Source: Cenarchaeum sp. (lineage in GTDB: Archaea > Thermoproteota > Nitrososphaeria > Nitrososphaerales > Nitrosopumilaceae). Taken from it: a DNA stretch of 64,000 nucleotides. Below, in pieces: positions 10,765 to 19,255 of this stretch (position 1 is the first letter of the stretch; every line of letters starts with the position of its first letter). The stretch lies in the NCBI GenBank assembly GCA_965206845.1, contig OZ242221.1:1056001-1120000 (forward strand). Direction: 5' to 3'. The notes under the pieces were generated by a model. That model had not been told where the DNA came from and did not search any database. It worked only from the letters and a program-made list of their open reading frames with translations. The translations under genes were made by a program, and so were the position numbers.

Positions 10765-11823
10765 TGTATTGTAACAAAACTATGTCCTCCCCAGATCAGA
10801 CGCACTCTGCGCGAATTTATTAGGTTACACTATCCAAGACGCCTGATGCCGGTCAAGCTGGATGACGACAAAATCAAGTACGTCATTCGCGAGAAGGAGA
10901 AAGGGACCCTCAACGCCACAATAGCTGAAAGCATGAAGATCAGCTCACGACATGTGCGACGCCTTTGGGCCAAGTACAGGAGTACCGGCTCGTTGCCGAC
11001 GATCAGCAGTGGAGGCCGACCTGCCACCAAGACAATATCTGATGAGGAAGTCGAGATGGTGCTGGCCGAGTGCAGGAGAGGCTGTTCGGGGGTGGGACGG
11101 GTCACCAAGGCATTGGCGGACAAAAACATAAGCGGCCGCACCGTATACAACATAATGAAAAAACATGGGCTGGTGGAGTCGTGCCCCGCAAAGGCAAAAA
11201 AACGCAAATGGGTGAGATTTGAGCGGCAGTACTCTAACGCCATGTGGCATACGGACTGGCATGTCATGAAGGACTTCCGCGTGAGGGATCTGAACCTGAT
11301 CACGTACCTGGACGATGCCTCGCGATGCGTCACCGGATACGGCGTGTTCAAAGAAGCAACCGGCCTGAATGCTGTGGAGGTGCTCAGGCAGGCAATTCTG
11401 GCGTTTGGCACCCCGGCATCCATCCTGTCGGACAACGGATCCTGCTTTGTGGGCGTGCGAAGCGGCACGCCGAAGGGAACATGGACGCCTACTATCTTTG
11501 AGAGCGAGCTTCTGGATCGCGGCATACAGCTGATAAACTCAAGGCCGTACCATCCCCAGACCAACGGTAAGCTGGAGAGGTTCCACAGGACACTGGAGAC
11601 CGAGGTGGGGCGGCACGACAGTTTGGACGACTTCGTCACGTACTACAACGAGAGGCGGCTGCATTGGTCGCTTGACATAGACAACCACCAGACGCCGCTC
11701 AAGGCGTTCCATGATAAGGCGACGTATGAAACTATAAGAGTAGACAATCCAAACTGGATGGAGGTTGACATCCATGGATGACCGGCGGACAAAGGGGGGA
11801 GGACATAGTTTTGTTACAATACA
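10765..11823 (+). mobile_element. IS481-family insertion sequence, apparently intact (1059 bp)
   Basis: Perfect 28-bp TIRs TGTATTGTAACAAAACTATGTCCTCCCC (10765-10792 and 11796-11823); flanking direct repeat CTGCGTGCGGCGC. Confidence 0.93.
10846..11781 (+). CDS. IS481-family DDE transposase (HTH + rve integrase core)
   Basis: WHTD, LDDASR, LSDNG, RPYHPQTNGKLERFHRT, YN..R.H motifs. Confidence 0.93.
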   Translation: MPVKLDDDKIKYVIREKEKGTLNATIAESMKISSRHVRRLWAKYRSTGSLPTISSGGRPATKTISDEEVEMVLAECRRGCSGVGRVTKALADKNISGRTVYNIMKKHGLVESCPAKAKKRKWVRFERQYSNAMWHTDWHVMKDFRVRDLNLITYLDDASRCVTGYGVFKEATGLNAVEVLRQAILAFGTPASILSDNGSCFVGVRSGTPKGTWTPTIFESELLDRGIQLINSRPYHPQTNGKLERFHRTLETEVGRHDSLDDFVTYYNERRLHWSLDIDNHQTPLKAFHDKATYETIRVDNPNWMEVDIHG

Positions 11824-11990
11824 CCTGCGTGCGGCGCCCGCCCGAGCCTCCATCCGGGCCGGGCGCAGCATGCGGTCTCGCGCGGGGCCTCCTGATGCAG
11901 ATCCGGTGCACGCAGGCACGGAGCCCGCGCCGGGACGGCTCCGCAAACAAAAGGTTATAACCCGTTCGCAGCTCTCTGAAAAGGGTTTCA

Positions 11991-13418
11991 TTGGAGTTTA
12001 GAGAAGGGCTAACATTTGACGACGTCCTGCTTGTGCCCAAACGCTCTGACATCACAAGCCGGATACAGACAGACCTGAACACCAGGCTGTCGCGAAACCT
12101 GTCACTGAACATTCCACTCATATCTGCAAACATGGACACAGTCACCGAGTCGGGCATGGCCGTTGCCATGGCCAGGTACGGCGGAATAGGGATCATTCAC
12201 CGGTTCCTGACCGTAAAGGAGCAGGTGGACGAGGTGCTGAAGGTAAAGCGCTCGGGCAGCATCATGATCGAGAACCCGTACACCGTGGGGCCCGACCAGA
12301 CCGTCGGCAGCGCCATCGACTATGCCCGCGACAGGGACGTGTCGGGTCTGCTGGTGGTCTCCGGCGGGCGCCTGATCGGCATCATGACGGAGCGGGACAC
12401 CGCCTTTGAGCTTAACAGGTCCAGCCTGGTTCGCGACGTGATGACAAAGGATGTCGTCACGGCGGATCCCGGAATTGCCATGAAGGACGCAAAGCAGATC
12501 CTCTACCAGAACAGGATCGAGAAGCTGCCGCTGGTGGACGCGTCTGGCCGCGTCAGGGGGCTGATAACAAGCAAGGACATCAGGAATACCGAGGACTATC
12601 CGCATGCGTCAAAGGACAAGAAGGGCAGGCCGCTGGTGGGCGCCGCCGTGGGGGTGAAGGGCGACTTTATGGAGAGGACCGAGGCCCTGCTGGATGCGGG
12701 AGCCGACACGATAGTGGTGGACATCGCCCACGGCCACAGCGAAAATGCCATCAGGGCCGTCGGGCACATCAAGAAGGGATTTCCCGACTGCGAGCTTATC
12801 GCGGGCAACGTCGCCACCGCCGGCGGTGCGGAGGACCTGATCGGGGCCGGAGTGGATGCCGTGAAGGTGGGCGTGGGCTCCGGCTCAATCTGCATCACCC
12901 GGGTGATCACCGGCTCCGGCGTGCCCCAGCTAACGGCCGTTATGGACTGCGCCAAGGTGGGAAGGGACCACGACATCCCGATAATATCTGACGGCGGCAC
13001 CAGGACGTCCGGCGACGCCACAAAGGCCCTGGCCGCCGGCGCATCCACGGTAATGATGGGAAGCATACTTGGCGGCACCGACGAGACGCCAGGCACGGTA
13101 CTCACAAAGAACGGAAAGCAGTTCAAGGTGTACCGCGGCATGGCATCGCTGGCGGCATCTCTGGGGCGCAAGACAAAGGAGGGCGACGTATCCCCGGACG
13201 ATGACCTCAACGACTACGTGGCAGAGGGGGTAGAGGCCATGGTCTCCTACAGGGGTTCGGTAAAGGACATCCTGCGGCAGATGACTGGCGGAATCCGCTC
13301 GGGGCTCAGCTACTGCGGCGCGCACAGCATACGGCAGATGCAGCAGAACGCCGAGTTCGTCAAGATATCCCGTGCCGGCTTTGCCGAGAGCCAGCCGCAC
13401 GACGTCTCCGTGATGTGA
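11991..13418 (+). CDS. guaB: IMP dehydrogenase
   Basis: LTFDDVLL, SANMDTVTE, CBS pair, KVGVGSGSICITR, YRGMAS. Confidence 0.97.
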   Translation: MEFREGLTFDDVLLVPKRSDITSRIQTDLNTRLSRNLSLNIPLISANMDTVTESGMAVAMARYGGIGIIHRFLTVKEQVDEVLKVKRSGSIMIENPYTVGPDQTVGSAIDYARDRDVSGLLVVSGGRLIGIMTERDTAFELNRSSLVRDVMTKDVVTADPGIAMKDAKQILYQNRIEKLPLVDASGRVRGLITSKDIRNTEDYPHASKDKKGRPLVGAAVGVKGDFMERTEALLDAGADTIVVDIAHGHSENAIRAVGHIKKGFPDCELIAGNVATAGGAEDLIGAGVDAVKVGVGSGSICITRVITGSGVPQLTAVMDCAKVGRDHDIPIISDGGTRTSGDATKALAAGASTVMMGSILGGTDETPGTVLTKNGKQFKVYRGMASLAASLGRKTKEGDVSPDDDLNDYVAEGVEAMVSYRGSVKDILRQMTGGIRSGLSYCGAHSIRQMQQNAEFVKISRAGFAESQPHDVSVM

Positions 13419-13463
13419 CCCTCACCCGCTAGTCTTTTATTTGCGTTCACGCATGCGCCCACT

Positions 13464-13925
13464 GTGCTGACTAAGCGGACCATCATCGGAAATATCGTGG
13501 GCGGCACAATCACCGCGCTGGGAGTCATATCCTTGGTGCTGGCTCTGGGGATTCAGGAATCGCAGCTGGACGAGGCCGTCGTCCCGGGAGCCTCGACGGT
13601 GTACCAGTTTGACGCGCCAGGCGGGACGCAAGGATCCATGGCGGTCGTGGGGAACTCGTTTGACGTATCGCTTCGGGATCCCGGCGGGGATGAGACCCTG
13701 ACGGCATACAAGGGTCAGGCCAGCATAGACTGGACGCTCTCGCAGGACGGCACCAGCAGAGTCGAGGTCCAGAATACGGGCTCTGACGATCTCCGCATAA
13801 CGGGAACGATCCGGTACACAACCGACCCGATCCTCTACACGTACCACATAATGGTGATCGTGGCGGGAATAGTGATAATCGGGTTCAGCGCCGGATTCAG
13901 CATGAGGCGGCCAAAGGGCTTTTAG
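13464..13925 (+). CDS. Hypothetical membrane protein (N- and C-terminal TM helices)
   Basis: Two hydrophobic segments flanking a beta-rich domain; own TATA-like box upstream. Confidence 0.7.
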   Translation: MLTKRTIIGNIVGGTITALGVISLVLALGIQESQLDEAVVPGASTVYQFDAPGGTQGSMAVVGNSFDVSLRDPGGDETLTAYKGQASIDWTLSQDGTSRVEVQNTGSDDLRITGTIRYTTDPILYTYHIMVIVAGIVIIGFSAGFSMRRPKGF

Positions 13926-14734
13926 CCGCGCCCTGCAGCCGGGTACGTGCCCAGCGCCTTGACGAATGTGACGTCATCGCTGATCTGCTCCAGCATCTCT
14001 TGGACCGTATCAGCACTGCCCCCCTCAAAGTCCATAAAAAAGTTGTACTCCCAGCGCGTGTCCTTCTTGGGGCGGGACTCGATCTTCGTCATGTTGACCC
14101 CGTATGCGAGGAACTTGTCCAGTATGTGGTACAGCGCCCCCGGCTCGTGCCTGAGTGAGAATATGATCGATGTCTTGCGGGCGTCTTCTGCCTCGCAGCG
14201 CTCGCGGGCCAGAATCAGAAACCGGGTAAAGTTGTCGGGATTGTCCGCTATGCCGTCCCGTATTACCGGAAGCGCGTACGCCTCCGAGGCGCTCCTGCTG
14301 GCAATGCAGGCCACGTTCCTGCTGTTCATCTCCCTTACGATCTTGACGCTTCCCGCGGTGTCGTACGCCGGGACGACCCTCATCTTGCGCTGCAGCAAGA
14401 AACCCCTGCACTGGCCCAGGGCCTGCGGATGCGAGTACACCGTATCCACCTCATCCAGGTCCCCAGACCCGATCAGGCAGTGCTCTATCCTGTGGTAGAT
14501 CTCGCCGGTCACCTTCAGCGGCGTCAGGTAAAGCAGATCGTAGCTCTCGCCGACGCTTCCCTCGATCGAGTTCTCCACGGGCAGTATCACGAAGTCGGTC
14601 CTGGCAGATACCGTGTGCTCGAGCGCCTCTGCAAATGACGGCAGCGGCACGGTCTCGATATCCTGATCAAAGAATGCGCGCGCCGCGTCCTCGCTGTAGG
14701 CGCCCCGTTCTCCCGGAAAGGAAACCCTGATCAT
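13922..14734 (-). CDS. pheA: Prephenate dehydratase
   Basis: GAYSE, PVENSIEGSV, SHPQALGQC, NFTRF, ACT domain with TKIESRP. Confidence 0.95.
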   Translation of the reverse strand: MIRVSFPGERGAYSEDAARAFFDQDIETVPLPSFAEALEHTVSARTDFVILPVENSIEGSVGESYDLLYLTPLKVTGEIYHRIEHCLIGSGDLDEVDTVYSHPQALGQCRGFLLQRKMRVVPAYDTAGSVKIVREMNSRNVACIASRSASEAYALPVIRDGIADNPDNFTRFLILARERCEAEDARKTSIIFSLRHEPGALYHILDKFLAYGVNMTKIESRPKKDTRWEYNFFMDFEGGSADTVQEMLEQISDDVTFVKALGTYPAAGRG

Positions 14735-15285
14735 TTTTTGCCCAGTTGCACAAATGCGGAGCTCTCAAAGTCCGACGAGATCTTTCTCTCGTCGATCCAT
14801 CCGCACTCCTTGCACTTGATGGCATCCCGGTACCGGATTACCCTGTCGCCGCACTTCCTGCACCGCGTGTGGATCACGCCCAGGTGCGGCTCGCTGAACG
14901 TGGCATGGGTTGCGCCGTTGAGCCGGCGTATGATCTTCAGCACCATGATGTCGTTTACGAACGCGATGCCCTTCCTGCGGAAGCTCCTGGTGGAGCAGAC
15001 GCACTCGACGCCTGAGGTTATCGGCTCTCCGTTGATGTACTTGATTGTTACTGCGATCATCGAGGACATCACCGCTGCCACGATCCCTATTATGGTGTCG
15101 CCCGCCTCTGGAACGGGAACGAGCTTGGGGTTGCTTACGCTTGCCACGCGCCCCTTTCTGTCGATGTCCGTCCTTCCGATTACCGCCGCCCTGACCTTGT
15201 CGCCGTCATCGAAGGTGTTTATTCCTGCCTCAAACTCCTCGATTGTGGCTATCTGATCCCCGGGAAAGGTCATGGCCTCTGACAT
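14731..15285 (-). CDS. csl4: Exosome complex RNA-binding protein Csl4
   Basis: FPGD..EEF N-terminus, S1 domain, C-terminal Zn ribbon CRKCG...CKECG..ERK. Confidence 0.9.
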   Translation of the reverse strand: MSEAMTFPGDQIATIEEFEAGINTFDDGDKVRAAVIGRTDIDRKGRVASVSNPKLVPVPEAGDTIIGIVAAVMSSMIAVTIKYINGEPITSGVECVCSTRSFRRKGIAFVNDIMVLKIIRRLNGATHATFSEPHLGVIHTRCRKCGDRVIRYRDAIKCKECGWIDERKISSDFESSAFVQLGKK

Positions 15286-15398
15286 ACCACAGAGTTTGCG
15301 CCTTTGATTATAATTGTTTTTAACGCATGGGAGAAAAATCCGGCGCCCCCAGGCACGCGGTGGGAATCGATATTAACCGAGCGCGCCCATCACGGGTT

Positions 15399-16466
15399 AT
15401 GAGGGGGCTGGTGTACGAGCGATATGCCAGGGATGACGACTTTGGTGACATCCTGCAGGTAAGGGATCTGCCGGATCCCGTGCCGGGGCCCCATGAGATC
15501 ATACTGCGGGTGGAGTCTGCGGCGCTGAACCACGACGACATCTGGGGCATGAGGGGGAGGCCCGTGCCGGTTCCGCTGCCGCACATATCCGGAACGGACG
15601 CCGCTGGCACGGTCGTTGCCGCAGGCGACCAGGTGAGGGGTATCGCAGAAGGCGACCGGGTGGTCTCTCACGGGAACCTGTCCTGCCGCGTCTGCCGGGC
15701 GTGTACCTCGGGCCGCGAGTACGACTGCCCAAGGCGCACCATCTGGGGCTTTCAGACGGGCCCGCTGTGGGGCGGCTTTTGCGAGCTGACACACCTGCCC
15801 GAGGTAAACGTGGTGAGGATCCCCGACGGGGTGTCCTTTGACGAGGCGGCTGCCGCCTCGATGACCATGATGACCGCGTGGCACATGCTGGTGGGAAGGG
15901 CAAGGGTCACGCCGGGCCAGACGGTGCTGGTTATGGGCGGCGGTTCCGGCATGGGCACCTTTGGAATCCAGATTGCCAAGCTGTACGGGTGCAACGTGAT
16001 CGCCACCGCGGCGCCAGACAAGCTGGGGAGGTGCCTGGAGATGGGCGCCGACTTTGTGGTGGACCACAGGAGGGACGGCTGGCACAGGGAGGTGCGAAGG
16101 ATCGCAGGCGAGATTGCCGCAGACCGGCAGGCCACGGTGGATGTGATATTTGAGCACATCGGGGGCTCCCACTGGGGCAAGGAGCTTGCGCTCCTGGGAT
16201 ACGGCGGCACCCTGGTGACCACCGGCGCCACCACCGGGTACGACGTGAGGACAGACCTCCGTCACGTGTTCTTCAAGGGGACAAACATCCTGGGCTCCAC
16301 CCAGGGAACCAGGGCGGAGCTGGAGCAGGGGCTGTACTGGATGTCCCGCCAGAAGATCAGATCTATAATCGACTCGACGTACCCGCTGAAGCAGGCGGCC
16401 CGGGCGCACGCAAGGATGGCTGCCGGCTCGCTCTTTGGAAAGATCCTGCTCAAACCGCAGCTCTAG
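15399..16466 (+). CDS. Zinc-binding MDR alcohol dehydrogenase/quinone reductase
   Basis: LNHDD, PHISGTD, CRVCRAC...C structural Zn site, GGGSGMG. Confidence 0.88.
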   Translation: MRGLVYERYARDDDFGDILQVRDLPDPVPGPHEIILRVESAALNHDDIWGMRGRPVPVPLPHISGTDAAGTVVAAGDQVRGIAEGDRVVSHGNLSCRVCRACTSGREYDCPRRTIWGFQTGPLWGGFCELTHLPEVNVVRIPDGVSFDEAAAASMTMMTAWHMLVGRARVTPGQTVLVMGGGSGMGTFGIQIAKLYGCNVIATAAPDKLGRCLEMGADFVVDHRRDGWHREVRRIAGEIAADRQATVDVIFEHIGGSHWGKELALLGYGGTLVTTGATTGYDVRTDLRHVFFKGTNILGSTQGTRAELEQGLYWMSRQKIRSIIDSTYPLKQAARAHARMAAGSLFGKILLKPQL

Positions 16467-16467
16467 G

Positions 16468-17463
16468 CTAGAGCCAGTGGGGGATCTGCAGGAACCCCTC
16501 GATGCTCTCCTTTCTTAGCACCTTGAGCAGCGCGTGCCCCTGCGGCGTCGAGAGGACAGGCTTGTCAAACTGGTTGTCCGTGGATATCCTGGGGCATGCC
16601 ACCTGGATGAACGCGTCGATCCCCTTGAGGTTGCGCAGCCTGTCGTTGGTGATGTCGGTGAGCGCGAAGAGCTGGACACGCTTGCCCTCCTTCTCCAGCT
16701 CCCGCCTGAGCTTGAGCGCCGCGGTCTTTGATATCTGGCCCTCCTTCAGGCCCACGATGATGCCAAAGCTGTGCGCGTCGGCCGCCTTGTATATGGACAG
16801 GATGGCCTTCCTCTGCAGCTTTGCGGCAAAGTCCGAGACCTCCCTCACCTCGTTAAAGTAGGGATCCAGCACATACGTCGGAAGGTTCGTTGCCAGCGCG
16901 GCCCCGGCGGCATGAAAGTTGCTCTGCCCCAGAAAGACGTTGGCATCGGCCACGTCCCTCTTCTCCATGGCAGGATAAAACTCGCACCCAAAGATCTGGC
17001 CGTCGTTTAGCTGCCCCTTGCCCTCGCCGATCTCGGTCCTCACCCCGCCCCGCTCCAGCGTCTCCCTCACGTTGTCAATCTCGTGCAGGTGCTGGCTGTC
17101 GGTAAGCAGCGAGACGATCCTGCCCCTGAGCAGCTCGGCGCACTTGGCTGCCACCGCGTCAAACTTTATGTCGTCGTAGGCGTTGATCATGACCACGTTC
17201 CCCTCAAACTCCTCCACGTTGACGGTGTGGCCCACGTTGAAGAGCACCTCTGCTGCCAGCGTGCGGGCGCCGCCGGAGTTGAGGTCACAGGTGCCCCAGG
17301 TGGCATCGGCAATCACATAGGCCGGGATTCCAAACCGCCGCATTACGCTCTCTGCGGCATCCTGAACCTGCGGCAGAATGCCGTCGGGCCCGTTGAGCGC
17401 CACAGACACCGGCCTGCGCTCCTGAATCACGGCAAAGATCCTCTCTAGGTCTACTACAATCAA
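16468..17463 (-). CDS. dph2: Diphthamide biosynthesis protein Dph2
   Basis: WGTCD, GQIFGC, ACPRI Fe-S cysteines; KEGQ. Confidence 0.93.
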   Translation of the reverse strand: MIVVDLERIFAVIQERRPVSVALNGPDGILPQVQDAAESVMRRFGIPAYVIADATWGTCDLNSGGARTLAAEVLFNVGHTVNVEEFEGNVVMINAYDDIKFDAVAAKCAELLRGRIVSLLTDSQHLHEIDNVRETLERGGVRTEIGEGKGQLNDGQIFGCEFYPAMEKRDVADANVFLGQSNFHAAGAALATNLPTYVLDPYFNEVREVSDFAAKLQRKAILSIYKAADAHSFGIIVGLKEGQISKTAALKLRRELEKEGKRVQLFALTDITNDRLRNLKGIDAFIQVACPRISTDNQFDKPVLSTPQGHALLKVLRKESIEGFLQIPHWL

Positions 17464-17604
17464 TTTAGATGTGTGCTGTGTGCGGTTTTAATTTAAACCC
17501 ACCCGTGCCATGACGCCGTCCGCACCTCCCGGGGCGCCTTTGTGCCCGGAACCGCGGACGCTCACAAGGCAACCCAAAAATGTGCCTGGCACGTTGCGTT
17601 ACCG

Positions 17605-18924
17605 ATGGGACACACCACGCTGCAGATCGGACTGGACGACACAGACTCTGTCCGGGGGATGTGTACCACGTTTCTTGCGTATGCTATGGTGGGCATGCTG
17701 AGGGACCAGGGGGCCCGGTTTCTTGACTATCCTCGCTTGGTCCGGCTCAATCCCAACATCCCCTGGAAGACCAGGGGAAATGGGGCCGTTGCGCTAAAGG
17801 TCAGGACCGATGATGCCCCCAGGCTCAAGGAGATGGCCCTGGATATGATGGAGAGTCACGCAGACACGGCAAACGGGGCAAATCCAGGCCTCGTCTTCCT
17901 CGAGGGGGACGACATGCCGGGGGAGATGAGCCGGTTTGGCAGCCTGGCCCTGTGGCGGCTGATAAGAAGGCAGGATGCCAGGAGGCTTGTCCGGCGGTGC
18001 GGCCTCGAGTCGCACCACCTGGGCAACGGCCAGGGGCTTGTGGGCGCCATCGCAGCCCTGGGGTACCGCTTTGGGGACAACACCATGGAGATGCTAAGCT
18101 ACAGGAGGGGCGACAGGTTTGGAACTAGGCGCGACATATCCGCCCCCAGCGTCAGGCGGATGCAGGAGGAGGTGCCGTCCACCTTTGGCAGCTATGATGT
18201 CCGCCGGGACAGGGTTCTGATCACGCCGGGCGGGCCTGACCCCGTATTCTACGGAATCCGCGGCGAGGATCCAAAGTCCCTGCTGCGCGCATCGGAGATG
18301 ATCAAGGCAGGCGAGCCGCTGGCAGGATACCTTCTCTTCCGATCAAACCAGGGCACCGGGGATCACCTGCAGAACCGCCTTGATGCCCGTGACCTGAGGC
18401 CGTATGACTCGGGTGTCATATCGGGCACGGTGGCGGCAAAGCCCGTGACTGGCCGCGGCGGCAACGTGTTCCTTGATGTCGTCTCCGGCGGCAGGAACGT
18501 CTGCTGCGCGGTATACCGTGAGACCGGAATCGCCACAACGGCAGGGGAGCTGATTGCGGGGGACGGCATCCAGGTGGGCGGCGGCATCCGGCGGGCGGCG
18601 CCGGGCCGCCCCAGAACCCTGAATGTGGAGTTCATCAGGGTCCTGAGGCTGGCGCGGGGCACGGTCTGGACCAATCCGGCGTGCCCGCAGTGCAAAAAGA
18701 GGATGAAGTCAAGGGGGCAGAACCAGGGGTACCGGTGCCAGATATGCAAGATGCAGAGCCCTGTCAGGGTGTCCCGGCCGGTGCCACGGGACATCCGGCG
18801 GGACCTCTACATCCCGGCCGTGGGCGCCCACAGGCACCTGACAAGGCCGAGGCAGAGGCTGGGCCGGATCAACAACGCCGCGTTTGACGACGAGCTTCCG
18901 TGGTTTGTGGTGTATCGTAAATAG
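17605..18924 (+). CDS. tiaS: tRNA(Ile2) agmatinylcytidine synthetase
   Basis: IGLDDTD..GMCTT, RLNPNIPWKTRGNGA, PDPVFYGIRG, NQGTGDH, Zn ribbon, RHLTRP. Confidence 0.95.
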   Translation: MGHTTLQIGLDDTDSVRGMCTTFLAYAMVGMLRDQGARFLDYPRLVRLNPNIPWKTRGNGAVALKVRTDDAPRLKEMALDMMESHADTANGANPGLVFLEGDDMPGEMSRFGSLALWRLIRRQDARRLVRRCGLESHHLGNGQGLVGAIAALGYRFGDNTMEMLSYRRGDRFGTRRDISAPSVRRMQEEVPSTFGSYDVRRDRVLITPGGPDPVFYGIRGEDPKSLLRASEMIKAGEPLAGYLLFRSNQGTGDHLQNRLDARDLRPYDSGVISGTVAAKPVTGRGGNVFLDVVSGGRNVCCAVYRETGIATTAGELIAGDGIQVGGGIRRAAPGRPRTLNVEFIRVLRLARGTVWTNPACPQCKKRMKSRGQNQGYRCQICKMQSPVRVSRPVPRDIRRDLYIPAVGAHRHLTRPRQRLGRINNAAFDDELPWFVVYRK

Positions 18925-19028
18925 CGGGGAGTAGATTTGAACTACTGATTTGCGGGTATCTCATCACTGATTATGAGCCCGCCGGGATGACTTTGTCCCA
19001 GATTCAAGTCTGACTTCCCCACCCCGCT
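18922..19028 (-). tRNA. Initiator tRNA-Met(CAT) with a canonical 37/38 intron and a second D-loop insertion
   Basis: Reverse complement: AGCGGGG acceptor (A1-U72), GCGGG-CTCATA[ATCAGTGATGAGAT]A-CCCGC with BHB helix CTCA/TGAG, AGTAG-TTCAAAT-CTACT T-arm; about 18 extra nt in the D-loop. Confidence 0.88.
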
Positions 19029-19255
19029 GATACACAAAACAAAAAGGCCGTATATACGCTTTATCCAACGAATGGCCCTGTCCAAAAGGGAGGAGTTAGG
19101 CCTCCAGCTCTGCCGGCCCGGCTGCCACCGGAACCGTCAAAGCCGGAGACCCAGCTTCTCCTTTCTGTACAGGGCCGCCAGCATCACGTACAATATAGAT
19201 CTGTCCGTATTGTCCAAATATTGTCTAAGCCGATACGCCTGGGATGGTTTGGTTT

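Noticed and set aside
18922-19028. tRNA-Ile2(CAT), the TiaS substrate, next to tiaS
   Set aside because: The A1-U72 pair and the consecutive G-C pairs in the anticodon stem identify it as initiator Met.
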